Source of the DNA: Octopus bimaculoides
Taxonomy: Eukaryota
Assembly: GCF_001194135.2 (NCBI RefSeq)
Contig: NC_068992.1
Location: 6,637,517 to 6,701,516, forward strand
Length of the DNA: 64,000 nucleotides
Reading direction: 5' to 3'
Positions 39,351 through 54,133 of this stretch are shown in pieces. How positions within the stretch are numbered: the first letter of the stretch is position 1; each line of letters starts with the position of its first letter. The notes under the pieces are model-generated. The model made no database searches. It had not been told where the DNA came from and saw only the letters and a list, made by a program, of their open reading frames with translations. A program made the position numbers and the translations under genes.

Positions 39351-40249
39351 ATGTATTAGCAATAACATATCGTCAGTTCTTTAAGCTAATTCCGAGGAAT
39401 CAACAAGAGATAAACTCAACATAAGTTGGTCGTTGACTCTTCAAAGTCCCCCGCATCGCATTTCTGGTAAAAATGTCGGTTGCTCATAACTAGCCACATA
39501 TTATCTCTAATTGTATTTAGCTATGCATATCTACGATGATGGACATAACAGTAAATGAATTAAGAGAACTGAAGGGAAAGCGGTGATGTAAACAAAAACC
39601 ACACGAAGACATGAGTAACGAAAATTGAAGTTTTGAATTGATCAAATCGCGCATAATTATAAATTATAGGGTTACCTGGAAGAGGAAGCAGTGAGTCTGA
39701 TAACTGCTGGTAAATAGTTATATATATCAAATAGTTTATAACAGATGTGTATATTTGTTATAGAAAATGGGAAATATTTTTACACGTTCAATTCCATTTT
39801 CAATCTCTTTTTGGTTCCACACTCTAATCAGTGGCATGCTTCTATCTAAATATATTTTGTAAGATCATATGTGACAGAATACCTCTAGAAAGCTTGACTT
39901 CATTCAAACCAAAGATAACTTGTCTATATTAAATCACCGTTTAAATTGCATATCAACATTCTACTGCGTTTCTTATTAAAGCTTTTTATTGATTTAAGCA
40001 AGATTTTGATAGTCTTTATGGAGCCGTTTTATGAAGAATCATGGAATATTATTATAACATCTCATAAAAGACCAGTAACATCAGCAATGTTCTATATTCC
40101 GAAGTCTGCAATGAAAATAAATTGCGAGTTCTTTATAGAAACCGAAGTGAAATGAAGATGAATTTGTGTCATCACTTTACATCTGGTGTAGCTATTACCC
40201 CCTTTATAAAAATTCCTTTGGAATATAAAGGAGAGACTTGAACCAAAAT

Positions 40250-41080
40250 TTTCCTTCTGTATATTCTGTCCCCGGTCTTGTCTTTCATCAAGTTAGAGTT
40301 TCCTTGGTTGATTCTACGCTTCTTGCTTTTCCTCTGTATAGTCTTCTGTTCTATCTTTTTTTCTCATTCTAATTTCTTGTCAGCCTAGTTTCTTGTAGGT
40401 CGAGACTTTTCTTAACTTTTCTCGGTCTACATTTTTCTGATGTATAAATTTTTTCCCCTGTTTTATCATACATCGTCTTACACTTTCATTAGTGTAGTCT
40501 AATCTCGGCCCAATGTTTCTCTGCTTAATTTTTTCTCGACCAAGACTGATCTAGAATTGTAGTAAACCAATGTTTCTTCAACCTTACCTTTCTGTCTTCT
40601 AGTTTTCCTAGACATATTTAGTTCTCTGCCTAGTTTTAAACCGTCTGCGTTTTTCTTACTCTCGTCTTGTCTGGTTCTTGATTTTCCCCACTGCCATCTT
40701 TCCTTCACGTAGACTTTACTCTGGAAAGTCTTTCGCTAGCTTAACTTTCCTTGATTTTGTCTTCGCTCATTCTAGACTTTCCTTACCTCAATTTAGTCCG
40801 TTTTCTACCTAGTCTTTCCTTGGTCTAGTCCATCATCGGCTCTGAATTTTCTTAGCTTAGTCTTTCTTCAGCTTTGTGTTCCCTCGATCTGATAAACTCT
40901 GTCAGTTTATCTTGACCTGGTTTTCCTTTGATCAAGTGATTTGTCATCTTCATTTTTCCATGTACAAGCCCTTCTTAGTCATTTTTGGTCTCGTATTTCC
41001 TATACCTTGTCTTTTTCTGCTTAGTATTTTTACGAGGTCTTTTATTAGTCTACACTTACCTCATCTCACTCTCGCCTCAA
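40250..41080. repeat. Ancient degenerate ~16 bp-period minisatellite, consensus ~TAGTCTTTCCTTGGTC
   Basis: Units such as TAGTCTTTCCTTGGTC (40810), TAGTCTTTCTTCAGCT (40858), TAGACTTTCCTTACC (40773), TAGTCCGTTTTCTACC (40794) and TTAACTTTCCTTGATT (40741), with strong T/C strand skew over ~830 bp. Confidence 0.7.
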
Positions 41081-41112
41081 ACTGCTTTTATACACACACA
41101 CACACACATCCC

Positions 41113-41166
<54 letters not shown>

Positions 41167-41703
41167 CATTTTGATTCGTCTCCACATGACTTAGGTTCGC
41201 GGATGGGTATACTTTTTTGAAAGCGGGTGAAATTTGAGAATGATATTTATAGTTGCTATTTCTAGCAGATCGAAACTCCACATATATGCTCTCACATTGG
41301 CTTTCTCTTTGGCAAACTAACCAAAAGTGTTTGTGAGAGCCGATGGCAATATGGTTTCCTTTTTCAATCGAATATTTCTTTTTAGTTATCGTATCTTTTA
41401 TGGTCATGCAAATTATTATGTATTATAAAATCATTCATTTTAAGTTGGTAAATAAATAAAAAGTAAAGTTTGTGGTGATTTCACTAACGATAGTTGCATT
41501 ACGTGATCAAACTTTTGGTATCGGGTATATACCGTGATATTAGATTTTAATCTATAGTTTTCTTCATCTCAATTTCTGGCAATGTTTACTCTACAATTTC
41601 CGACGAACAAGAAAAGCGTGATGTCTGCAGCTTTTGTTAAAGAAATTTTAACGAACAAAGAAATTATAAGATACTTCAGGTCAATATATTTGATATGTAT
41701 GTA

Positions 41704-41750
<47 letters not shown>

Positions 41751-44700
41751 GTGCGTGTATGTGTGTGTGTGTACGCACTCAATTACAAACACACATACGC
41801 TCGGTATTGCATTTATAGAAATGCACAGGAAAATGAAATCGTGACATTGACTCTGCAAGGGAAAGTGGACCATTCATCTCGTACTGACCTGTCAAATCTT
41901 TTAAGCGTTGCGGTACACCAACCGATAGTGAGATGGGTATTAGGTCACTGGATGTGTACCGTTTCTTTGTTGGTCTGTTGTCATCTTAACTGGAACTGCT
42001 TATGGAGAAACTTAACACTTGTTAAAAAATTACAAAGTGCAGCTGTAGTTTTTCTAATTTATAATTCACACAAACACAATTTTATATTCCGAGACGTATA
42101 TAATATCGTATATGTTATGGTATATAACAGCGTACGGAGTATAAATAACAATTAGCATCATTATTTCAATAAATATCGTGTTTTAAAGGAAAATTCTTTA
42201 GGTTAGGGCAATGAAGTCAATTTTGATTCCAATCTATGGCTATTTATCGCACTCTGACTTTCCGTGTCCTGACAAAATATATATCACAAATTTTCCTTTC
42301 CTATCTGCCTCAAAATCTAAAATATTGTGTCTATGTGATAGTTTATTTCTCAGAGCTAAACGGTTAGCGATTAAGAATGAAAATGTTCAAATATGCTTTT
42401 TTAAGCTATAAACTATTTTCTCTATAGAAGTAACTTCGCAGAATATTGAATTTAGCTTAATTTATAAGTCTTAAGTTATGCCGTACGGTTGATTCCAAAG
42501 GCGGATGAAACAGCACTATGCTTTGCAAGTATTTTCTAGAAGACGATGTAGGAGAATGTGCCTAAATATTTTATCGGCTCAATAAATATTATATGGAGCC
42601 CTACATTTCACTCAGCTTATTTTGACTTTGCATTCTATCCTTATAGAATATCATGTCGATTTTCTCATGACTGTCTCTTTTGAATTCACACTTGAAATCC
42701 GATGTAGCTTCTGATACCCACAAACAAGCAAATTTTTTTTTTAAATAGAAGTTCTGGAACAAAGAAAATAATAACTTCAAAAACATATATTACATGCAAA
42801 ATTAGGAATGTGTTAATTAAAATTTACACCACGGAAAGGTATAGATTTAAACAGATTAGAGAGAGTGTGTGTGGCGTCTGAGCTTGCTAGAAATCACAGT
42901 TAAATCTTTTTCAAACCACAACCTTATTGTCTTCAAAAGAAAGGAATTACATATTGAATAATGCAGTCGTCCGAGAAAAATTAAGCCAGAAAAGGCAGAA
43001 CAATGATGGCACTACCAGGGCTGATCGGGGATGCATAGTAATACAGAACACAGGGTCTTTGCGTAAATTTTACTCCATTAGCCGTAAAATGATAATAGAT
43101 GTAAGTATTGAATAGCTGGCTTTCGCAGAAGGAAAACATACTTTCGCTTATACAAAATGTCAAAACTAGAAATGTCTGAAAATAAGAAGAACGAACGCAT
43201 AAGGTGAATTATATAGTTATAATTTGATTAAATAAAGAACCATAATATATTATAAATAATAAATTAAATAGTCTCATGATAAAGAATAAATAAATCATTT
43301 TTAATGGCCACAACACAATAATTCATGTAATCTTGAGTGAAATTTTCCACTTCTGCATCTTTATCGATCTCTCCATCTGAGAGAAATAGTTGCCAAATCA
43401 TTTTAAATCATTCAGTCTTAAAAAAAAGTCAAATTTTGTAATGTAGTTCTAGACACCTTATATCTGAAAAACAAACCTGGGGTTATTTCATCTGGAACGC
43501 CATTGATCATAAATATGCTGGATCACAGCTGACCTTGTGCTGAACAATAAATATTTACAACATACTTATTTTTTATATTTTTCATGACTTAATAACAGGA
43601 AGGAGAGAACGGACTTTTCAGAGCTTTCGATTACTCTGCAAGGAGAAGAGAAGGAATTATCCTCAGACAGGAGGCCCAAACCGAATGCTTGCAACAAAGT
43701 GAACTTCACTTAAATTACCCATGGGTCAGGTGGTTGTGTTAAACTGGAGCAGGGATTACTTTTATTACTCAAACTGTCAATAATCTACTCAAATTTCCAT
43801 TTTAAGAGATATATGAACACATAAGGAAATAACTTTTTTTGCTTTCCATTTCCGGACATTTTATTTGACCCCAGGTCATCCCTGTTTGTGCAGACGAATG
43901 ATCAAAGGCATTTGAGCGTATCCATACAGTCGTTTCGTTTCTTTTTTCTTTGTCTTTTTTCAGATGTAGTATATCTAGGACTACACTATTTAATGTTTTC
44001 TTTCTCTGCCTTTTGAGGCTCTTGGGTATAATATGAGGAATATACGGTTGATTTTCTTCCAGAAAGTCGAGCAATCACTTATAGATTTCTTTGAAAGTAA
44101 TATGCTGATACATATGTTCAGAATACATTCATTTAAAACTTCTTCACAAATATACAATAACAGTTTGAATATATGTATATCAACGAAATAAAACAGTACA
44201 CCGCTAACCCGATATCTTCTATTAGGGCCGCATTACATAAAAAAAGATATTTTAGAAAATTTGTATATAAAGTATGTGATTGTGTATTTAACAAGTTGCA
44301 TACTATGGCAAATTTATTTAATTTTATCACCTTGTGTATGCTGAATATTTTCTTGAAATGCTAATGTACTCGTTGAGCAATGGAATATCCTATATTTGTA
44401 ATATTTTATTTAATATTGAGTAGTACACGAGAGAGGGGGAGGAGAGGGAGAAAGAGAGAGAGAGAGAACGGGGGAAAGAAAGAGAGAGAACAGCCATGTT
44501 ACTTTTATTGAAAATGTCATAGTATAATGTCAAACCAAAGAAATTAGAAAGTTGTGGTCTTTTCACTGTAATAATCTGTTATTTAATAACTGAACAGACA
44601 ATTCAGTAGTGATGGTAACTGTTGGTATTCAAAACGTAGCGGAGGGAAAATACATCTCGCAAATAGTACTCAATTACTGTGAAAAATCTATACCGATGGC

Positions 44701-44954
44701 ATCAGAATATTTCATTTCAACTTAAGCATTCTTTTCTAAAAGCATACTGTAGTCTTCGTGTTGAGAAAAACGGTTCTGTAGGTGGTCGTTATGATGAAAT
44801 TCTTGATACTTACATAGTGATTTACATTAATCTCATACTGTTTTATTGAGCAAGTATTCAATCCTAGTGATGTGCATAAGTTAGTGGTTAACCTCGGTGT
44901 TTACGTTGTTACGTATATGAGAATTAAATCTGATCACATATAACAGGTTGCACA

Positions 44955-45130
44955 GCATGCTAGAAATAGCAGCAACAGCTCTTCCAAATCATACGCGTCT
45001 TTAAAAAAGTAAAACACATCGGATAAGATTGACCCAGATAAAACAAGGCGGGATAGTCATTGGCGGAATGCCTTTTGATCATAAATTGCTTCGTTCCCAG
45101 TGAATAGGGGCTAAATAAAACCAACAGCAT
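44955..45130 (+). mobile_element. SINE-like family B, best-preserved plus-strand copy
   Basis: CATGCTAGAAATAGCAGC..CAAATCATAC..AAGGCGGGATAGTCATTGGCGGAATGCCTTTTGATCAT..GGGGCTAAATAAAACCAAC; homologous to 22400-22625 on the opposite strand. Confidence 0.7.
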
Positions 45131-47907
45131 CAATCACATTTTTCATTTATCAATCTTTCGTTCCCTGTGATATGCAAAACTGTGATTTATCATATAGATC
45201 ATTTGTTAGCTTTGGTATTAAACATGGTGTTTAAAATAAGAGATATTTTTCAAAGGAGAGGTCGTCTCTTTATCACAGGTTATTCGAATATTTATTCCCA
45301 ACATTGAACTGATTACAATGCAGTGTTTTTCACTAAACGCATCCATAGTGTAATTCATGAATATCTTACCAATTCAATCTTTCTGTCCCTACATATCTAG
45401 TCAGCAGCAGCAGCAAAAAGAAAGATAGCAACAAATATTAATTCTATTAATAAAATTTTCTATATCAGAATTAGTTAATTATATCTAACACACACATAAA
45501 GCCACAAATTTAAAGAATGAGAAGGACAAACAGTTTTGACTGGTTTATGTTGTATCAATCCAACACTGATGAAAGTCAAAGACGACTTCAGCTTTCATCT
45601 ACCGACTTTGTCAATTAATATAATGGCTTCCAATATTAACACTCGCGAAGGCAGTGAACTATCATCGTCCATTGCTTGATTGGTGACTATTTTACCATTC
45701 TAGAAAAAAGAAATTCTAAATCAATTTCAGCGGGGTTTGAACTCAAAAGCACATCAGGTAAACGAAATAATGGAAAGTATTTTGTGCACCACTCTAATGT
45801 TTCTGTCAATACGGCACCCTGTATTAGAATTTTACAATAAAATAATGTTTTCATAGTCACTTCCATTAAAAGAAAATTTTTTGAAAGGACGGAACATAAA
45901 ACGGTGGACAGTAAATTATTTTAACACTACTTCAATGATGTGTAAATATTAAAACATTGATAAAGAAATGAAGCTGAGAAAGAGATTAAATATACTTTCA
46001 TAAAAGAGTGAATAAAAATCTATTTAAACAATTTCTATTTACTCAATGCAGTGTGTTTTGAGAGATCATCAAATTATGCAAATGCTCTGTATATATAACA
46101 CAACTATGACAGCTTTTATATCTGATTTAATGGTTTACAAAACTGTGATGATAGTTTCAAAATAACTTGTGGCTAAAAAAGATTATTTTAATCAACTCCC
46201 AGTTGCATCTCTTTCTCTCTCTCTCTCTCTTTTCCATTTTATACTCGTAGGAGCTTTTTAAATCGACATTCATTTCAATATTAACTGTAACTATCCACCT
46301 AGGTGAACTGTTCTTTTATCTCACATTCCTTATTTCCCTTGTTTATCAATTGTGGAACCTAGATTTGCAACGAATCGAAGAAATGACCTCTGATGCTTTC
46401 AATCATTTTATTGCTCCTACAAATCTGCTAGCTTTCACAAATCTGTTTTTCGCATTGAAACCTATCATGCGTCTGAAAGAAAATTTCATTCACCATCGTT
46501 ATGAGTCCAAAGATATAAACATCGAAGCGTTTGACTACTTACTTACTTGAAGTAAAAGAACGCTAAATTAATATATTCCTATGGATATTATATTACAATA
46601 TATCTAGATTTCTCCAAAGAATTATACAACTACAGTAAAATTTACCAAATTCTAAAGATTAAAATTGGCGAATGCTATCCTCACAGGAAAAGGTTATTAG
46701 AATCAATATATCATTCTTTTACATGAAATGCGATACTTCTTCCCGCACCGTTTCTCTGAAAAGCCAATTTCGATATTCCCCTGAGTGCTGTAAAATATGT
46801 GGTTAGTTCCTTGCAATTGTTATGCGTTCGATACCCAAATGAGGCATTGCTTTTCCATTTAATTATTCTTTCTGTGTCTAAGGAGAGAGTAGCTATGCCT
46901 GGCTGACTTCCCTTCATCATATTATGTGAACATAGAAACTTTCGTCGATGAGCTTCCAAATCATGAGGGGTTAGACGAATGTCTTTATTTTAGAGGCTTG
47001 TTTGAAGTTCAAAGTAGGTAATATAGTGAAATGTTGATTGAAAGGGCTACGATTATTTATAGCATGATTAGTATTATAATGTGCCTATGGTAATGATAGT
47101 TTTTATTGTTGCAGATTTCTAGAGCAGATATATGTTCAAGGGTTTTTCAAAGTGATCATCTCATTTTGCTATCTTAAATTAGTCCAAACTGGCCTTTATT
47201 TTTTACTGTTATGGCGTTAATTTAGGAATATTCGGTTGCTATTTAGTTAGATGAGTAATTTTAGTTACTTTATAATGCAAAATACTCTTTCCAATGGTAG
47301 AGATACTTCAAAATGACCTTGTTTATCTCTAATCGTTCGAAAATGTCAGCATTTAAAACCTACCAAGATAAACTGTAAAATGATTTGTTAAATTTGTTAA
47401 GGGGCTCAGCTATTTGATATATATTGATTGTTAACGTAATTTCGATAACACATTGTCATTCAACCTAACAGAAATATCCTGCTGTCCTAGAAACATAAAA
47501 TACACAGCATACTATGGTCTGGGATGCAATATTTCTGAAAAAAAACATACCGATAGTCGTAGTTCGAATGCCTTCGATTATAGGTTCGCTTGATCAAGCC
47601 TGACGTGGGGCCAAACAATAAAAATAATCACGAATTTACAGTGGAACGACATGGAATGGTGAGACTCGGTGCATTTATTAAGCTCATTAGTGACGTAAGT
47701 GAAGTGAAGTGAATTAACTTCAATCAGAATCGAAACCACAAAGTAGCTCTGAGTGACAGAACATTTTCTCTGCTGCACAGCGTAGCATGGTTTGCGCTTT
47801 TAAGAAGTCTGTATTGAATGTGTATCGGTTGTAATCTTTAACATTTTATATGAAGTTTTGAAAGTTTTATAAGATTATGCGAATATAGATATATGAATAT
47901 GTATATG

Positions 47908-47972
<65 letters not shown>

Positions 47973-48586
47973 CATCATTTATATGTGCATCTATTTTATA
48001 TATACTCACACATATAAATGATGATACATAGTGAAACATATTTATAACTGTTGTAAATCTATCAATTTACAAGTCGACTAATCTGAGAATTGCATTTTAA
48101 ATCTAGCAATTTACAAGTCGAATACTTGGAGAATGGGCTGTAAAAATGTCTGTATTGGTTCAGCTGCAAATAAAGCAGCCATTACAAAGTCCTTTACTGT
48201 GCTTTTTATTGCCATAATAACTATTCTCTTCTTTTAAAGAATTCTCATGGAATTAATTCTCTATTTGACGAACGTAGAGAAAGAAGCACTTCATGTGTGC
48301 GTGTGTGGTCTTTTGTTTTGTTTTGTTTTCCACCAAATTGAGACAGCGCATCCGACGCTTGGGATTCATGAAAAAAATGTATATTTTGCTGAAATTGTGT
48401 GCTGTCGTTTGAAAACCAATTATTGTCATTTTAAGTTATTCTCAGCTATAACTTTTTTATGTTGTCCAATATTGAATACGTATATATTAATGTTACATCA
48501 CACACTATTATATTAATATCTTATAATACATGAGTGCATGTGTGAGTGTGTGCATCTATCTATCTATTTATCTATATATCTATATA

Positions 48587-48649
<63 letters not shown>

Positions 48650-50311
48650 GCTAATATCGAACAGGGAGACTGAGTGTCTGAGTGTTCAACACTGCTTTTG
48701 TGGATATCATTTGCTTTATTTGCGGGATAACAAATCAACTATTGGTTTCAAAAGTGGGGTCTTTTAATAATTTGAAAGCCTGCTGCATGGAGGCGTAGAT
48801 ACTCGTCTTCATTGTCAAGGAGAATGCACGAAGTTACACGAGACTGTTCGGGTTTACAGGATACATAAATGTAATGATCATGAAAGGTAACTTATAAGGA
48901 AATCTTAATTGTTGTCTCCCTTGCATTAGCCCTACGAGCTTTACAACGAACTTCTTTCAAGATGAGTTGATTAATTCCTTAGTCATTTTATATAAGAACG
49001 TTTGTGCACGTCCAAATTTATGTATATATATAAATACACACGTATCTATATATGCACATCCGTACAAAATATGTGTTCATACATACCTATATATATATGC
49101 ATACACATGCGCGCGCGAACACATGTACATCTGCACTATGCGTTTCGTTTGTGTTGTGATATGTGCACATAATTGTGTAGTTTCGCAAATTTTGATCCAA
49201 ATTCGGTCCACGGGGTTATAACGTAACATTATAATTTACTTGAACCATTCAATGGTTGCACTGCTGTATATCCATTAAATAAGGTTTGGGGCTCTGGTGT
49301 GTCGTATGGTGCTGTCTAATATAAAGTTTCTGAAAATGCCTGTTTCGCTTTTCGTGGGATTTATCAATATACAGCAGAAGTTTTAATTAAAATTACCTTA
49401 GTGGTCTTTCAGAGTTAGAAAAGGTTTTCATGGAATGGGTCGTTCACTATACATGAAAATGTTGATATATTTAGCGACCTATCTGTGGAGAAAGATAACA
49501 GTTTCGTTCCTAATTTTCGATTCTAGTTTCAAGTTAACTACAGGAATAGCCCATGATGGGATACCATACATATACACACTGGTCGCATACATCGTGTTAT
49601 CTTTACATTCGTTGCTAATAGTGTACAGCAAAACAAATAAGATACTCTACTCACATTATTTTATTATCTGACAGTATTCAATTGTGAAAGTTTTCAATAT
49701 TCACAAGTAACAAAGGCCATAAGGTTTGGTCATATTCATTTGTTTTAAAACAAAAACAACAAAAAGGAAAAGAATTTATTTGATACAGAGGTCAGTCGCA
49801 AGCTTCCAAATTGCACATTACTAAGCGGAAATAGACTGTTAAAAAATAACAACAACAACATAATATAATAATAAAGGCAATTAAGCATCAAGAAAACGAA
49901 GGAGAATCAGTTTATAAACCAAGAAACAAATATTAATAACAATACCCAGAAGTCATATTAGTTCATCAACTTCAAAAAGAAACAAAAATTCCCGTTAGTT
50001 AGTCAAAGTATAAACTGAAATCAAAATACAATTCAAGAAGACAACAATTAAAACCGTCAAAAAAGCAACCCCCGTCACCCTGCTGTAAAACCGTTTGTTT
50101 AAGCAACAATTCCTATAATTCATTGTTGTTGAGGCTCCACTAAAGCAAGTAATTAAAGAACTTTACTATTTTTAATTCTAATAATTCTTATTCTTTCTCT
50201 TTCTCTCTCTCTCTCCCCCTCTCTCTCACACATACACGCGCTATATATATGTGCGTGCGTGTATGTATGTATATGTATGTGTATAAATATATATTATGCG
50301 TCTGTATGTGG

Positions 50312-50355
<44 letters not shown>

Positions 50356-50368
50356 CTGTATGTGTGGG

Positions 50369-50408
<40 letters not shown>

Positions 50409-51039
50409 ATATCGTTTTCCTCTGCTAAAAACAAATGCCCGCATACGCCACACATCAACCATCACACATCACACGTGACTTAGTCTCTTCATCTCAGCGA
50501 CCAAGGTATGTGGCGTCATGTAGTCACAGGAAGAATGATTTCTGGTCTCTTTCGTTTTTTGTTTTTCTTTCTTTCTATTGATTAACAAATTAATGGTTAT
50601 GTTTGTGTGCAAACAGGCTATTCTCTCTCGTGTCGTTATTGTTACTTTCGCTGGAATCGGTCAACTAAGGCACATTATAATGTTCAAGAACAATGGCATT
50701 GTCTTTGCGCAAAAACAGTCCGCACGACCAGATATTTTGCTGAATAACTACGCAATCAACAAACATCTCACGACTAAACTTGTTACAACATTACCCTACC
50801 AATCTAAATAAACCACCACACTTCCTTCCTTCATTCATTCATTCCTTCCTTTCTTCCTTCCTTTCTTCCTTCCATCCTTCAGTATATCTTTTCGATCGCT
50901 CTATTTTGTTCTCCTTTTGAGCAAATATATTTGTGTGTCAATGCGTTTATTTATGAGTATGTACTATAAGTATATATATATATATTTACACACAACATAT
51001 ATACTTCTATATACTTATATATATGCATGTATAAGCATG

Positions 51040-51087
<48 letters not shown>

Positions 51088-51109
51088 GACGTTTAAGTGT
51101 GTGTGTGTG

Positions 51110-51298
51110 CCCCTCCAACATCGCTTGTTGGTGTGTTTACGTCCCCGTAACTTAGCGGTTCGGCAATAGAGGCCGATAGAATAAGTACTAGGCTTACAAA
51201 GAATAAGTCCTGGGGTCGATTTGTTCGACTAAAGGTGGTGCTACAGCATGGCCGCAGTCAAATGACTCAAAAGAGTAAAAGAATAAAAGAAGAGAATA
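51110..51298 (+). mobile_element. 3' half of SINE family C following a (TA)n/(TG)n tract
   Basis: Near-identical to 19250-19440. Confidence 0.88.
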
Positions 51299-52294
51299 TC
51301 ATGTTTGATAATCTTAAATTTTATCTTTATACAACATAACAATATTGTTTATTAACAATCACCCATAGTACCCCATGATAAAATTTCCTCTGTATTAACA
51401 TCATAGGTTTTAGTAGCGTCTTGCCCCTTTAACATCTTGATTCGGGGTCTTCCCGTACCCAACCTCCTTTATAGACAGTTACTTTATACTACTATACTTG
51501 ACAATATTTATGACCATATCTACCTATGAGCTGTCAACTCACTCCTGCCCTCCATTCTAAACAGACACAGTCCTCCAGTCTTAGATTTAGTAGTTGATAA
51601 AAAGACTAATAAATTTAAAATGAACCACAGTCCTTTACATTCAGTAGTAATCCATTTATTTTGGCAAAAAGTCTGCTATGTGTGTTTTGACTTTTGTTAG
51701 AGATCAATGCGAACAATCGTGGGACATTAACATTATCAATTTGAATGTGAAGTATATATAACTGAAAAAATATACTAGAGCAGCACTTAAATGTTATCAC
51801 AATAGAATGCCTTTATTCTTTGTCAGACCATATCTTCCGCGACACATAAGCCTTTTGATCAGGACCGATTGGTGCAATCTTTTACAAAAAGTTACGCTGA
51901 AGATTTTTTTCTCTTGTAAGTTATTTAAATACCTATTCAACCGTTTCATATGACTTCATTCATTTAAGTTTATTAAAACTTCAGAAATGTTTACAATTTT
52001 CGTCGTCGCAATGTTTTGCTTTCATTTTGTTTAATAAAAATCATCGACCGTAATGTTCTTGATTTCATTTTTTGGTAGACAGCTATCCCGTAGAAAATAC
52101 CAGTTCCTATATCTTGTTTTCTGATTGGGTAAAAATACAAATCTTTCAGTCTCTCTAACATTTTAGTACAATTTTTCTGGAATAAATAATAACAAAATTG
52201 GATTCAACGTGAAAAATTAATTAGTATACCAAATTTGAAAATTTCCACATAATTCTCAAATTTCAAAACTTGTGGCAGCAACAGAAAAGACCTG

Positions 52295-52398
52295 ACAGGT
52301 AGACTCACAGGTAGACTCACAGGTAGACTCACAGGTAGACTCACAGGTAGACTCACAGGTAGACTCACAGGTAGACTCACAGGTAGACTCACAGGTAG
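52295..52398. repeat. Perfect 12 bp minisatellite (ACAGGTAGACTC x8.7)
   Basis: Eight identical units from 52295 plus ACAGGTAG; source of the SLPV/TCES ORFs. Confidence 0.97.
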
Positions 52399-52784
52399 TT
52401 ATAAGACGTGACATACACACACACAAACACACAGATAGACTCACACACACACACACAGACACACACACACTTATATACGAACATACATTCTCATTATATA
52501 CTATACATATGTGTGTGTGTGGGGGGGTATGTAGGTGTGTGCTTTTGTGTGTGTGTGTGTATGTATATATGTATGTGTATGTCGCAGGCGTGTGTGGTTA
52601 TATATGTATGTATGTATGTACTTACATATGTGCGTGCAAGTTTCGTTATGATGGGCAGCAGAAACTTTGCATATGAACAACTGTTGTCAATATATCGACC
52701 CCTTCTCCCCATAAAGCTACGTATTCCTCACACCTACCTCCCTCCCCCTCCTCAACGTTTTGGAAGTTACTTGTGTGTGTGTGT

Positions 52785-52823
<39 letters not shown>

Positions 52824-54065
52824 TGTGTGTGTGTGTGTACATGTACCTCCGTATTTACTTACGTATGTATGTAGTGTCCATCGTCCACGAAGTCCCACCA
52901 CTGCTTGAAATTTTCCTAATTTAGACAGGATATGTTTCCATATTTTCCTCACTACAGCAATTCCTTGAATAAATGGCAATTTGAAATTCAGAAATACGAT
53001 GCAACAAACTTCAACTGTGCATATATATGTGTGTACATACACACACACACACATACATATTCAAATATACATACATACATACATACATACATACATACAT
53101 ACATACATACATACATACATACATACATACATACGTACGTACGTATATTTACCGGAGTACAAAAATGAAGCTAAAGGGAAATCGAATTACATTAAAATAA
53201 ATTTTTGCTGATGTCATTGTTAAAATAATTTACAATATTTTGAAATTGGAAATTCAAAAATTAAATTCGCAGTTTGTTTTATTTTTGCACAATATTTGGT
53301 TTACTTGTTTAAGGACAACATTAATTAAAACACTGAAATTCTTCAACCATTCTGTCAACCGTTTGATATTCGTTAAAGCTATTTCACAAAGAAAATGTTA
53401 TATTTTGCAATAATGAACCAAAACTATAGCGAAAGTATAAGTAAAAGAAAGAAGAAAATGTAAAGTATAATAATACATAAAAAAAAATATATCCCTGTAA
53501 ACTGAAAACTTCAATCAGCTTGTCATATGCAGCAATTAGATGGGTGTTTATGCCTTTGGTGAGAAAAAGTGAGTACTGTAAATTATGTCGATACATTTTA
53601 CAAGTACTAATTGGCTCACCCTACCGTTTAAAGAGAAGATCAGAAATTTTGATCATGACATTCTGCAATTTCTTGTATTTCTATCTCTTTTAGACATTTA
53701 TTTATTTTGTTTTAGTTTTTTATCTATTTATTTATTTTGTAATTATTTTTGCGTTACCGACGTTTGTGCAGTTTGATACTTGGCCCGATCTCAAAGTTGC
53801 GTTCATTTGCTATGACGACTGAATTATAGAGTTGCCTGATCCAGAAGAGAGACTTCGAGCTGCCTGCGGTGAAATATTTCTTCTGTTCTTTATCTAATAA
53901 AACCACATTTCGTGTAAAATGGTAGCATACTATTCAACAAGCGTAAACATCTGTACTGACTGCTAATGATTCTTCATGATGAATAATAAATAAAAATGAG
54001 TCCCGAAGATAAAGAGTACTCTCCAACTCTCTCACCCTCAGATTCCCTCTCTTTCTCACACACTA

Positions 54066-54133
<68 letters not shown>

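Noticed and set aside
44685-44705. IYTDG, an RNase H-like motif
   Set aside because: Isolated five-residue match preceded by a stop, with no downstream AEL.A motif.
45565-45600. CTGATGA followed by a hairpin
   Set aside because: No GAAA box; it is an eroded SINE family A segment. Other CTGANGA hits (e.g. 22349, 22891, 59301, 13951) also lack stem II or GAAA.
52204-52468. SLPV and TCES repeat ORFs
   Set aside because: Translations of the 12 bp minisatellite.
53771-53870. FDTWPDLKVAFICYDD*IIELPDPEERLRAAC, faintly RhoGAP-like, or with a UGA suggesting selenocysteine
   Set aside because: In-frame stop, weak splice sites, no PEPL motif and no SECIS seen.
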